The notes below the pieces were generated by a model. That model saw only the letters and a program-made list of their open reading frames with translations. It did not search any database and had not been told where the DNA came from. A stretch of DNA of 64,000 nt, from positions 7,998,001 to 8,062,000 of the forward strand of contig CM082590.2 of assembly GCA_040954595.2 (NCBI GenBank), read 5' to 3'. The position numbers were made by a program, and so were the translations under genes. This document shows, piece after piece, positions 51,528 to 64,000 of this stretch. Origin of the DNA: Balanoglossus misakiensis (taxonomy: Eukaryota; Animalia; Hemichordata). Each line of letters opens with the position of its first letter. Position 1 is the first letter of the stretch.

Positions 51528-53838
51528 TCTACTGGTATAATGTGAATGAGAACTTCACTTTGATAATGACAGAAATTTCTATACACCATACTGTCTGTAT
51601 AGAATATAACGGATGGCCTTCATATAACACGGAACCAGCAAATTTCACCGAAAGTTGATAACGCGTGGAATTTGCAAACAGTAATCCTGGAGAGTAATAC
51701 TTTCCATTCAGACAGAATTAGCATATGAAAACTTATCCCACATATCTGATTTTTATGTTTTTTGTCCAAAAAAGCGATAATCTCTGATTCTGTCACAGCT
51801 GTCACATGACGGCTATCCAAAATTAAATTTTTCAGGATATATGCACCAGCTGTTGCTAGGATATTGCTCAGGGGCAGGGGCCAAATTTCGCACAAGGTAC
51901 GGTTCATGAAATCACTACACTGTATATACAAAAATTCAGGAAATCAGGGTAAGTGTTTATTTCTGTGCATTTTGTTGATTTTCTTTTCTGTGCTGTATTG
52001 TTTTGCTACTGGCTATGTAAATACTGTATATTTGACATCTGAATTAATACAGCATACATACAACTGATGTATTATTCAATTCAGTGATGATTATTTTCTA
52101 GAAATAAATATATGAGTAAATCTTATTATTTTTGGAAATGAATTTAGTTTATAAGTATTGGATATTTGCCAGGAAAAAAATAGAGCAATTTCACTTCATG
52201 ATAAAATCTCTCTCGTTAAAATATATGTTTTGAATAAAGTTATTATTATTTGAATAATAAAACTGATTTTATTCATCAGTGTAAAGTGCATGTACTATTA
52301 AAATCAAATAGATATGGAATCGAACACAGATCTTTTGACGTAAGTACGCATATAAAAGCATTACCCTAATTCTACTGGTATGTCCGCCCTAAAAAGTGAA
52401 AACATTTGAGGCCACCCTGATATTTTCACGTCAACAGATTTAGCGATAGTGGTCTATACTGCTGATACATGCCAAGTAGGCTTTGCGTAAAAAAACGCTG
52501 CCATGACAAATATAATCACAACTCTCTTTCAGTCGCGGATCTCTGCCACGTATTTCACTCGCTCAGGGCACGTACGACGGGACGACGCCGGAAACACGAT
52601 AAAGGTGAGAAGTTTATAAAAATATCGTTGTGGGAGGAAATCACGACTGTTCAGTAGTCGTTCGTCAGAGCAGGTTGAAAAATTAATTACGTAAACTATT
52701 CAATAGGTAATTATTTTGAAAAAATTACAAAATGTGTATGTCGAACTGAAAGTGGAATTTCATTTAAATGTTGTAATACAGTGAACACTGTAGATTTAAA
52801 TATGCTTTCAAACATCAAAATTTCGGTGGGTATTTCGTAAAATGTTCGATCTGAGATTCTTGTCTGACCTTGTCGGGTAAATGAATTTGGAAGTCTCAAT
52901 AACCACAGCTGAGACAATGTGAATATTACGTCACATTTACAAAATACTATTTTAGGAAAGGCCTGTACAAACCAGATTTAAAGTCTAAGGCAGGAAATGT
53001 ACCATCCTTTGATTTTCCAAATAACAAGGTGCCATGTTTTATTTGAATGCTTGTTTATGATCATTATAAATACAAATGGATAAGATTATTTTAACTGCAT
53101 GTAAAATAATGCTAGGTATACGAAAGTGCTATGATTCTGTAACAACTTTCCAAATTTAAAAAGAAAAATACTCCAAGAAAATTTCATTATTAATATTTTG
53201 TTTCGGCTAATCATTACAGTGTGTGACATCTTGGAAGCAATTAACAGCTACAGTCTACTTACCTTGAAAATACTTTCACATATCACATTAATATTAACTC
53301 ATTATTTTTTTTTATTGTGTTGAGATTCTAATCGTCCATAATGAAGGTTAAGTCAGAAAAGAGATGACTTGTGTACTCTAATATTGCATTTCATACGAAA
53401 AAAATAGATTCGAGTATTAAAATTAAGAACAAAGTCATTTTTATTATTTTGGTCGCTATCACTTTTCACGGAAACTTGACTTCAGTAACTCTACATCTGA
53501 CAGAATGACCCTCAGCCAACATGTTGCAATTGTACACACTGAGACAATCACTGAATCCATCATTCGCTGAATAGAAGTGTGTTTGTATCTGCTTTCGCTC
53601 GTTTCAAGCTTTGCTTTTGTTTAAACAGTGGAACAGCTGTCTCTCACATTTGTCAATATAGACAATTTCTCTGACACCATCCCGATGTGCTGAATACTGG
53701 GCGACTGCTTTCCCTATTACAGGCCCTGGCCTAGAAATTTTCACTTCGTTAACAAAAATGATCAAGAATCTGTGAGGCTATATCCCCTATATCTGTTTGT
53801 CTGTCTTGCTGCCTGTCAATCAATCAATCAATTAACCA

Positions 53839-53905
<67 letters not shown>

Positions 53906-54622
53906 CATCTGTCTATATTTCTATCTGTCTGGCTGTCTCGACAGTCAGATATGCACACAAGAAAATATTAGTCAAAAAGTGGCAGCTCATGGGGGTCTAA
54001 TATCCAACAGGTGTTACAAAGCCGTGAGTTTCTCGTACGGCAATGTTTATACTGTCACGAAGACAGACGCACTGATTTGCGTGCAAACGGGCCTACCAAT
54101 TATGAAATTTGATTATTTTCTCTTTGAAGTCAAGCGGTCCATAAGGCAACTCCGTATGACTCTGTAATAGTGGGTAGTGACTGCGATCATTCTTAATAAC
54201 TTGTGATATGATAGCTTTCGTTTCATTAAGGCTTTACTGTAGTGATTGTCGGTGAGCACCATAAGCATAGAAAGTAAACAATTTTCCTCTCATTGGAAAA
54301 ACTCGCGAGACTAATTAGTAATTACCATAGCAATCAGTTGCTAGCTTAGACCAACTAGACTAGCCCCTTGTGGGCGGCAGTGGGCGTCTAGGAAAATATA
54401 TATATCAAAACTGCTTTTTATAGTAATTGAATGTAAGTGCTTAAATGATGTTAGGAATTTGGATGTAATGCTTGTTTACCAGGGCTGATTCATATTTGAC
54501 AGCAGGGGAGTAGAGATATTTATTTTTTGCCCACCCAAAAGTAAAGGGACATGCCCTTACTATAAATGAATTCTGGTCTTCTATTTCAGTACACTATTCT
54601 GAGCGAGTCTAGCCCTGTCGGC

Positions 54623-57600
54623 ATGGAAACCGCGGATGAAGAAACGCCAGTGGTTGCTGGGGAAACAAAAGATGCGTCGTCGTCGCCGCAGCAACCAAAA
54701 GAGGTGTCGGCAGGTTTCGGATTCAGAGCGCTGTTCCACAAGATGGAAATCGACCTCCTTCCCCAGAAGGCGTACTTCTTCACGTTCGGATACGCCTTCG
54801 GGTCTGTCGCGCCGTTCCTGGACGGCTACTTCAAGCAGCGGGGACTGACCGACGCCCAGATTCGGACGATGACCGGCGTCCGGCCGTTCATCGGCTTCCT
54901 CTGCATCCCCGTCATCAACATCCTGGCCGACCGCTTCCAGAAGAGGAAGCTCGTTCTCCTGGTGACGTTGGGGGCGCTCATCCTCATGATGTCCCTCCTG
55001 GGACTCGTCCCTCCTCCCACCGAAAAGACTTGCGACGAGATATCGGCGCATTTTGGAAACAAGACCAACTTTACACGGTCGTCCTATCTGTCGATTCTCG
55101 GCGGAGGGGGTGGTGATGGAGCAAGGAAGCGCTCGATCGACGAACATCTTCTCTTCAAACGACAGTCGGATGAATATTTCCCGGTCGACCCCAACAACCA
55201 ATCAGACATCGGCTCTCTCATTGACGACATAGAGGGCGATATTGTGGAGGACCGCAGCTGGTTGTACACTGAAAGCAGTCTGAATACCTTGTTCGCAAGC
55301 TACCTGGCAATCTTAATAGTCGGAGAATTATTCACAGGTCCATCTGGAAGTTTGGCAGACACCGCGACCCTTTATTCGCTCGGTGATGAAAGACTGACGT
55401 TATATGGCGTACAGCGGGCATGTGCGGCCATTGCTCATATTTTATCGTAAGTTGATATCCCCTCCAAGAGCTATAACTTTTCACTATATTTTCAATATTT
55501 GTGTTTTATATATCTACTGCAGTTTCTTGTTCAAATTCTTGAAACATGATGAAATGCCCAGTATTTAGCTTATCAACACAACCTATATTTGTATAGTCAG
55601 CCTTGTTTTTGTCCAAAATTTGAATTCAAGTCCGGACTAGAATTCATTTGTCAACAATAAGAATGTCTTCTACACACATACAGGCTATGTTGACAAGTGG
55701 AGTACTAGGTATTTTAACATGCTGCTTGGATTTAGAACAAGAAATTGCCTTTGGTACACAGAACCAAAATACTGAAAATAAAGCCAAAAGTTTAGTTTAA
55801 TGTCCCTTTAAGTGTCGAGCACTTGGCCATGTATATGTGATATTTGACCCATGGGCTTTGGAATAGGGATTGGTATAATTGCCATTATAACGACAGAACT
55901 ATGATGTATAAATTTTCTAACAAGCTCATTTTTTCTTTTATGCTTGTGTTTCCATTCATAGATGTTTCCCAGCTGCCGCCATTTTGAAATTATCTCACCT
56001 GATCATGATACGATGCGGTATCAGTCTCGACTTCCTCCATTACAAGATTTTATTTTTTATCTTTGATGGATGGATGCTCCTGGCTCTTCTCATTGTCCTT
56101 TTCAAGTTCGAATATGGGGTAAGTAATTTTCACCCCTATTTATATTTGTAGAGGTCCAACTTTACCATAGAAACCATGGTGGTGTAAGGGTGCAAAACTA
56201 AACTACAACAAAAACTTTTGCAGCCTTCCATTTCGACATAGGTGCTGTTTAATTTAGACAACCATGGTGGTGAAATTTATCTAACATCCAGATGTATTTA
56301 TCAGTGATTTCAAACCGGGAGTTCTATTTGTCACAGTTTAGTTAACTTTCTCAGCTTTTAAACACATCAATGAATTTTCACCAAAAATTTGACTAAATCG
56401 ATTCAAATATACAGTAATCACCAGTTTTGCAAAGTGTTTTGATGTGAAAGTGTGTATCTTATCACAGTCTGAAATCACTGATAACTTGAACAAAGTAAAA
56501 ATATTTTTAAAGTACTCTGTGTCCAACTGGTAAGCTGCAATAATTTCTGCTGTAAACTTAACTAAACTAAGTTAGCTAAACCTGACCTACCCTGTCTTCA
56601 AAAGTGCTGTGAGTGTCTACTTGCTACCACCATAAGACTGGACTATTTTGTGGTGCTATCTGCTGTGCTGTGCTGTGCTGAAGTGCCGTAAACCTTAGTC
56701 CTGGCTTGTGATGGTGTCCAGACTATGATAAAGATATCAGAAAAATATGTTAAATATAACGTTTGTGTTTTTCAATCTTGGTAATAACATTCAATACAGA
56801 CACAGAAGGATATAAAGTACATGTGTATCATTCTTTATCAATAAGTACTTTGCATGAATGTTTACCAATAAATATTCTATGATGCGATCTGTTCTGTTGA
56901 AGTGGCCCAAAACCTTAAGCTTGTGATGGTGTCCAGACCATACAGTAACTTGAAGGTGAATTAATATACTGCTAAATGTGTACAGTTCTTTATAGCCATC
57001 AGGATTTTGCAAGAATGTTTACTAAACTATTGTATTTTTGCTTGTTGTAGGATGACAAACCACATTCAACGTTCAACCCAAGTGCCCTCTTGAAAATGCT
57101 CAAGTCACCCCACTATATGTCCATACTAGCAGTGGCTGTGTTCTTAGGTGCAAACAATGGTCTGGTGCATGGATTTTTGTTTGGGTATTTACGGGAACTG
57201 GGTAAGTGTGTGCTTTCATTGTATTGTATGGAAACTGCTGCTTCAACTATTTATTTATTTATTTATTTATTTATTTATTCATTAGTTGTTGTTGTTATTG
57301 TTGTTGGTGGTGGTGGTGGTGGTGAAACCAGTTGTTTTCAACATCACCATCACAGCAGTTGTATTGCTGAAGTATAGTAGTTGTTCATCGGCATTATCAG
57401 CATCATGCATTACACAAAAGATTCTATAGACATCTATAGAATTTTACAACCTATAAAATCTCCATTAAAGTTCATAGAATTTCAATGGATATCTATAGAA
57501 TTCTATGACTGCACTAGTAATTTTGGTCTCTTTTTCTATTGAATTCTAAAGAAATGTCAAACTCTATAGAATGTTACTGAACTCGAGTGAACAGTTTTGT

Positions 57601-57928
57601 AAGGGGATGTGTCAATTTTATGTATCATGTAATAATTATTTCCATGTTTGTTTCCAAAGGTGGTGGGGAGACACTGCTTGGCGTGGCAACACTTCTACTC
57701 TACGGTTCCGAAGTCCTTATGTTTCTTCTCTCCCACCATTTGATACGAAGTCTGGGTTATATGTGGGTGATATATTTTGGGTTTGGTTGCTATGTGGTAC
57801 GATTTCTGATGTACGCCTTGGTTACCAATCCATGGGGACTTTTGCCGGCTGAAGTTCTACAAGGTATGGATTAATTTCTCTGTATGTTCAATGTATGCAA
57901 GTATGTATGTGTGTGTGTGTGTATGTAT

Positions 57929-57971
<43 letters not shown>

Positions 57972-59334
57972 AGTGGTTTGGACAATGATTATGAAAAACA
58001 TCCTGTGATAGTTGTTGAGTTTTAAGAATAAGTTGAATATGTAAATTGTTAAAGCTAGCTCAAAGTTCTTAGTCACCATTTGGGGTTTTGCTCATTTAGA
58101 CATTTTTAAAATTTCTAACTTACAAAACTTTCTACTTTGGTAGGATGATACCAACTTTTGAAGTACATTGCTGGAAAAATCTCTTTTAATCGTGCTTGCT
58201 TTCATTTAAATTTGATTTCTCTATTTCATCTTTTTTCTCCTCGTGTTATTACAGGTGTCTCATACGCCGCTGTCTGGGCGTCGCTGACTACATACTTGAC
58301 GAAACAAGTGACATCAGACAATTATGCCACTGTGTTAGGAGTTCTACATGCTATGTACTGGGGCCTGGGCAATGGACTTGGGAATCTGGTCGGTGGAGTG
58401 ATGATTGCAAATACCGGAGTCAAGAACACATTTTGGGCGTTCTGTATCATGAATGCAGTTATTCTGATGTTATTTGCTGTCATACAAAGGGTAAGATGTA
58501 TTTAATTGACTTGTATTTTACAGGATTCCAACCCAAACCCACTGCACCAACTCATAGCTATACAGGCAGTTTTTGTAGTCATAATTGTATATAGCAATGA
58601 TATACTTTTTACCAGATGCAGGATCATGTAACACATTTACAGAAATATCTTTCAAAGTCTCCCTCTCTATCGCTGCCCATTCTCCATTAATTATGTTTGA
58701 TACAAGACACTGTTTACGTTATTCCACATGTGGATATATAGTGAGTCAACATTCAACCACACACACCTTCCATCCTGCTTGTAGACACGAGAGTGAAAAA
58801 AATCACCAAATGAATAATCAATCTCTACCGTTTATTCATTTCGGCGAGATTTTTACTCTCATATATCCTACACAAACAGGATGGAAGTTTTGGGTGGTTG
58901 AACGTTGATTCACTATACATCCACATGTAGAATAACATAAACGGTGTCTTGTATCAAACACAATTAATGGGAAAAGGGCAGCGAGAGAGAGACTTTGTCC
59001 CTTTCAGAGACAACAACAATGTTCTATTGTAACAGTTCACACTCTGCACCAACAGTCATTCCCCAGTGGGCCAACATTCAGTGAATCAGACTACGAAGAA
59101 CTAGAAGGCACTAAATTGGTCGGGGACAAACATGAGCCCTACTATACACTGACGCCCGACAACAACTTCGACAACACCATGGCAACAGAATCAGAACCAG
59201 CCAAAGAAGCAATCCAAGTGGATCAAGGAGTTGAAAAAGAAGGAGAACTTGATGTGGAAGATGGAGCGAAAGAAGAAGATGAGAAGGCCACAGAAGATAC
59301 AAAACCCGATGAAGATGCAGATGATAGTGTTTAG
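54623..59334 (+). CDS. MFSD6-like MFS transporter 2 (~616 aa); exons 54623-55446, 55962-56118, 57051-57201, 57660-57863, 58255-58490, 59056-59334
   Basis: Paralogous to gene 1 (LLPQKAYFF, ADRF, SLADTATL, YGVQR, HYMSIL, YWGLG); identical intron phases and 204/236-bp exons; frame-consistent (1851 nt). Confidence 0.88.
58652..59004. mobile_element. MITE family A, near-full copy in the last intron of MFSD6-like-2
   Basis: caaagtctccctctctatcgctgccc ... gggcagcgagagagagactttgtccctt. Confidence 0.85.
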
Positions 59335-60523
59335 AATGAAACATTTTTGCCATTTTCACATATTTTTCCCCTATTTTGCCCTTAATTTAAGACCACTTGG
59401 ATATAATGTTCCATTATATGCAGATCTTGACTAAAATTTTAAACACAAATATACTGGTAAAAGCTATGGGTTTAATTTTGTGAAAAATGAAGAAAGTTTG
59501 ACTGTGACATTGAAAGGGCCTAGTAGGGTTAACTGCAAATGTCATTGGTGGTGTGACTTTCCCACTGCGCATGTGTCATATTTATAAAAACGTATCATAA
59601 GTACTTGTACAGTAGAATTGATTAATTTTTTGACAGTTGAGGCTTGTACAGTCATGGGTTACATACCTACTGAATTCAATCATGTAATTTGTATAATTTG
59701 TATATATCTTAGAAGCTATATCATTAACTGTGTAAGTAATGAGACATCATTTATTAACAATTTTAAGGCAAGGTTCCCTCTTCCAAAGAATCACTGACAA
59801 CTTTATAACGCATGTAAATTTGAGGCTGAATACACAAATGATAATTTGTACACGAAGGCTGAAGTAACCAGACAAACAGATGGTACAGGGAGAAAAAACT
59901 GAAGGTCATGCTTTGATTTTCCATAGTCCTTTTCTGAAATATACATAATCGGCTTATGTACTTACTTTTGATTTTTTTCAATCAACCATCTTTGTCAATT
60001 ACATGATCATAATATACCTATAGCAAATCTCATAGACCGACTATGTTCAGTGTACCAGAAGTGCGGTATTTTAAAATGTGTCTCCTGAAATACAACTTTC
60101 TGTTTAGTTTTTTGACAATGCATATAAAAGACATGGAAACTATTGAAGTGTACATCCAAGAAATACTGTTTTAACCACTTTTTGTGGGTTGTGTTCATAT
60201 GATACAAGACCCACCGCACAAATATATACCGCACTTCCGGTCACCAGATTTGCAATGGATGTATTAAAGTTTGAGTAAATTATATTCCACTGAAATAGTA
60301 AATAAAGTACTCTGGTATGACAGTACACCTATCTGTGTCCTCGTTTCTGGCAGAAACAAATCTCATTTACTATCAATCAACGTGGTTTTAAATTGTCTAA
60401 TTGTCAATTTCATGAACATACTGGTATGTCAATACAGAAGAACAGTTTATAAAGACATGAACACAAGTCATTTCTTAATGAATTTACCAATTCTTTGCAT
60501 CGCACAGCAGCTGATGTCCACAT

Positions 60524-63500
60524 CTATTCTTCAACAACGCTTGTTGCGGTGTTCAGCGATTTTGAATTTACTTCTTTCCCGTCATTAATTTCATTCTTCC
60601 CTGTCAACTCTGTGTAGTCACCAAGAGAACAGACTGGTCGTTCGGTAAACTGTGTAAAAATAAGAGCAAAAATTCATTAGTTTTAGGTATTATTGATAAA
60701 TTTTGGCGAGTAATAAGAACAATATTTGTACAGTTGTAAATATGTGCATACATTAAACTATCTATACATATTCAACCCTAGTCATTAGAGGGGTTCAACA
60801 AACTGGGTTTCTCCATCAGACAGACCTATCTACCTGAATGCATTTGCTCCATAACATCATAACATATATATATATTACATGTACAAGTCCGACGAATATT
60901 TATCCCCCTTTAATTATAGGTGTATGTAAATTGTATATACAGTAAAACTTGTCTAAACTGAACACCAAAGGGACTGAAGAAATTGTTCGGTCTGCAGAGG
61001 TGTCTGGTTTATAGAGGTTCATTTAACATGTGGTTCTATGGTATGTCAAAGGGACAGGACAATGTGTTCAGTATAGACAGATTTTCCAGATTAGACAGGG
61101 TTTGGTTTAGACAGGTTCTACTGTATTAGGGGATGAACATTTTTGTTGATACGAAGCAAAAACAAACCACACAAGTTCATGACATGACAGTAGCTATTTT
61201 TTGTCAAACCCAATAAGTGATGCACACTTACACATTTGACGAAGACTAGCGCCACCAACGCCACGCCCGCAATCCCTGAAAAAATCACCAACGCTGTAGT
61301 CATGCCGTAAAGTTGAATTAATGAGCCGCCCAAAGTGCAACCAACTCCCATGCCGAGACCATAGTAGATGCCGTGGACTGCAGCCTGCACTGTGGCTAGG
61401 GAGGATTGGGGAATGTCCGTGGTGAAGTAGGAGATCAAAGTGTCCTGCACAGAGGCCCGCACAAAGCCTGTGAAGTATCAATTATGAATAAAATGATTAT
61501 TGGTTACAAATGAAGGGCAAAATTATGCACATACATCCACAGACATACATACATACATATATGAAGTATGTGGTTCGACTGGTCCGATACAAAGTGCTCG
61601 ATACTAAAGTAGAGTGGAATATAAAGTAAGGGTAGTTGGAGAAACGAAAGGCGGTATAATCTCTACAATGTTGGCAGTTTAGTCTCCTGATGAGTGAGTC
61701 CAGTTTATGAGATTGTACCACCTATCGTTTCTCCAGCTACCCTTACTTTACATACATACAAACATACATACATACATTTTTACATACATACATATATATA
61801 CAGAACTGGTACGTACATACACACAGACATACACATACACACATATACACATACCGGTACATGTTCATACAGTCTCAACAGCATAGTACGACTTAACTGT
61901 ACGGGAAAGTTCCCGCACTAGTTGTAGCATCATACCATACAATACATACATACCAGCACATACAGGTACAATCATCTCACCTTCAAGAGCCTGTTCCAGC
62001 ACAAAGTACCACGGACTAGACACCATGGAAACCAATATAAATATGGGGACATAGCACAGTACATCAAATGTCAGCACCCAGATGTGTCCTATCCGACCCA
62101 CCACTTTATGGTTCACATGGTATGCAATGAGTTGTGTGCTACAATGGAGAAGTTTTAACAGCCCGAGGATAAATGGGGTCCCACCTGCAAAAACAACAGG
62201 GAATTTTAAAAATACATTCCACACAGAATACAACTGTACTCTATTTTGAATACAGTTTGCTGATCACAATTAACACAGCATTATGGTTTTAAGTGAAAAA
62301 AAGCATGTATGTATGATTGTGTGAGTTATAGCTATAGTTTTTGATGCTTCTGCAGAATTCAATAGAAAAGAGTCAAAAACTACATAGAAACCTACTGATG
62401 TCCATAAAAATTCTATATATGTCTATAGAAATTCAAATCGTTATAGAATTGTGTAGATGTCTATAGAATTTTTTTGTAAATTATATAAATGTCTTTTGAA
62501 ATTCAATTCGGTATAGAATTCTGTAGATGTCTATAGAATTTTTTTGTAAATTCTACAAACGTCTACAGAAATTCAATTCACTATAGAATTCTGTAGATGT
62601 CTATAGAATTGTTTTGTAAATTCTACATGTACAAACGTCTACAGAAATTCAATTCACTATAGAATTCTGTAGATGTCTATAGAATGTCTTTGTAAAGGTC
62701 CTGATGTGTCCCACAGGAAACAGTTTTTTTACTTACTCAGATCAATGATATACCACAGAATAAATCCTTGAAGAACACCATCGCACATTCCAGCAATTAA
62801 GACCACAAACAGCAAAATGCCGTAATGGGTATTGAAGAAATTCTGTAGAGTTATTCTCACATTATATTCGGTATTGGTGTCTCCTGGTTTCTGTAATATA
62901 TAATTATAAAACATATGATTGGAATTTGAGTGTACAGATCACCTGCAAATAAAATGTAATACTCAAAAATAGATTGAACATCTTTAAGGGTCCAGATGTT
63001 TTCTCTATCTATGGAATTTCTAAGGAAATCTATAGAATGTTTGTGGACATAGTGTCCTGTAAAACTGTTAAACATTTTAAAAGGTGTAAAATCCACACCA
63101 GTGCGAATGTGAGAGAGATCAGGGGATAACTGTCCTACAACCATTAAGTCCAGTCAGAACAGTAAAACGGGAAAGTTTTTCGTGAACGATACTTCACAAG
63201 AGCCAAAAAGAAATGTGATAAGAACAATATATACAATAGAATGTTATTTGGAGAGATAAAGAAAACGTGAAAATTAATCATCGTAGTACAGTTGCCTCTA
63301 CTGATATCGCAAAAACTTCCTGTCGCGAAAATTTCCTGTTTTACAGTATTTGTGAAGAGTTCAAGCAATACCATTTACAATACCCATTGACCATCCACCT
63401 TGTTTGTTAGTATTCTCAAATACCACTCATATGCATATGAATTTTTACCTTGTACTTGAATGTTACTATGGCAACAACCATAGCAACGAAGAAGAATATG

Positions 63501-63605
63501 ATGTACATGGCAAAGGGGAACAAGTAGTTGAGAATGACGATTGGGCGGCCGCATCGCGAGTTTGCTGTTGTTGTGTAAAATATCAACGTACCGGAGAGAA
63601 ATGAC
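60524..63605 (-). CDS. MFSD6-like MFS transporter 3 (5'-partial); exons 63605-63449, 62890-62737, 62184-61981, 61467-61232, 60649-60524
   Basis: Same intron phases and 204/236-bp exons as genes 1 and 2; HYGILL..GMCDG..QGFILWY, VHGIYYGLG; the first coding exon lies beyond the window. Confidence 0.85.
62395..62697. repeat. ~70-bp TCTATAGA-rich tandem repeat
   Basis: gaaattcaattc..tatagaattctgtagatgtctatagaatt x4; similar degenerate tracts at ~38480-38620 and ~57420-57570. Confidence 0.8.
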
Positions 63606-64000
63606 CTTTTTGTGAAGAAAGAATAACGACAGCAAATAAAGGAATTACATATGTTTTCTTTTGCATCAATTATCCTGCTCATCTTTGTCTATCTATGCTT
63701 TGCTTTGAGTAAAACTGCTAATTCCCATATCTAACCTATATAAAACCAAACCATACTAGGTTCACACAGGTAAAATTTGAGACGTTTCAGAGACACTATT
63801 TGCCTCTTGTAAACACAGAGCATTAACCATTTAAGTCGCCTGTGTCCACACACACAAACTTGGCTCGGCCCCATAGACAATGGGTTGCGGAGAAGTGTTA
63901 AACCTTACACAGGCTCAAGTCTGGCCGGCAAAGCATTTATTTTACTAACAGTAAAATTCCTCATATGAATTGTTGCCCCTTTTATTAATACTTCAGCATT

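Noticed and set aside
59036-59103. Alternative last-exon acceptor at 59035 for MFSD6-like-2
   Set aside because: Gives an early stop and loses the YxEL motif shared with the paralogs; the acceptor at 59055 is preferred.
1-64000. Autonomous transposase or reverse transcriptase
   Set aside because: No ORF with DDE, RT or helicase motifs; all elements seen are non-autonomous.

Overview
AT-rich, intron-containing animal (metazoan) genomic DNA. The gene families and MITE types resemble a marine invertebrate deuterostome, but taxonomy cannot be proven from this window. 1-11.8 kb is a repeat block: four tRNA-like cassettes, 87-bp, 70-bp and ~550-bp tandem arrays, and MITEs. It is followed by tandem gene families: (i) two minus-strand paralogs in which a small RING-finger exon splices in frame to an acidic linker plus nine C2H2 fingers; (ii) four plus-strand Golgi-type carbohydrate sulfotransferases (CHST/Gal-GlcNAc-6-O-ST-like), all with an atypical 5'-PSB motif; (iii) three MFSD6-like MFS transporters, the last truncated by the window end; (iv) a secreted protein of four PAN/Apple domains, one per exon. 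Exon structures were reconstructed by hand from GT/AG sites and frame/phase checks. The most notable candidate novelty is the RING + C2H2-array gene pair, whose RING resembles (from recall) the Rolling pebbles/TANC-type RING.
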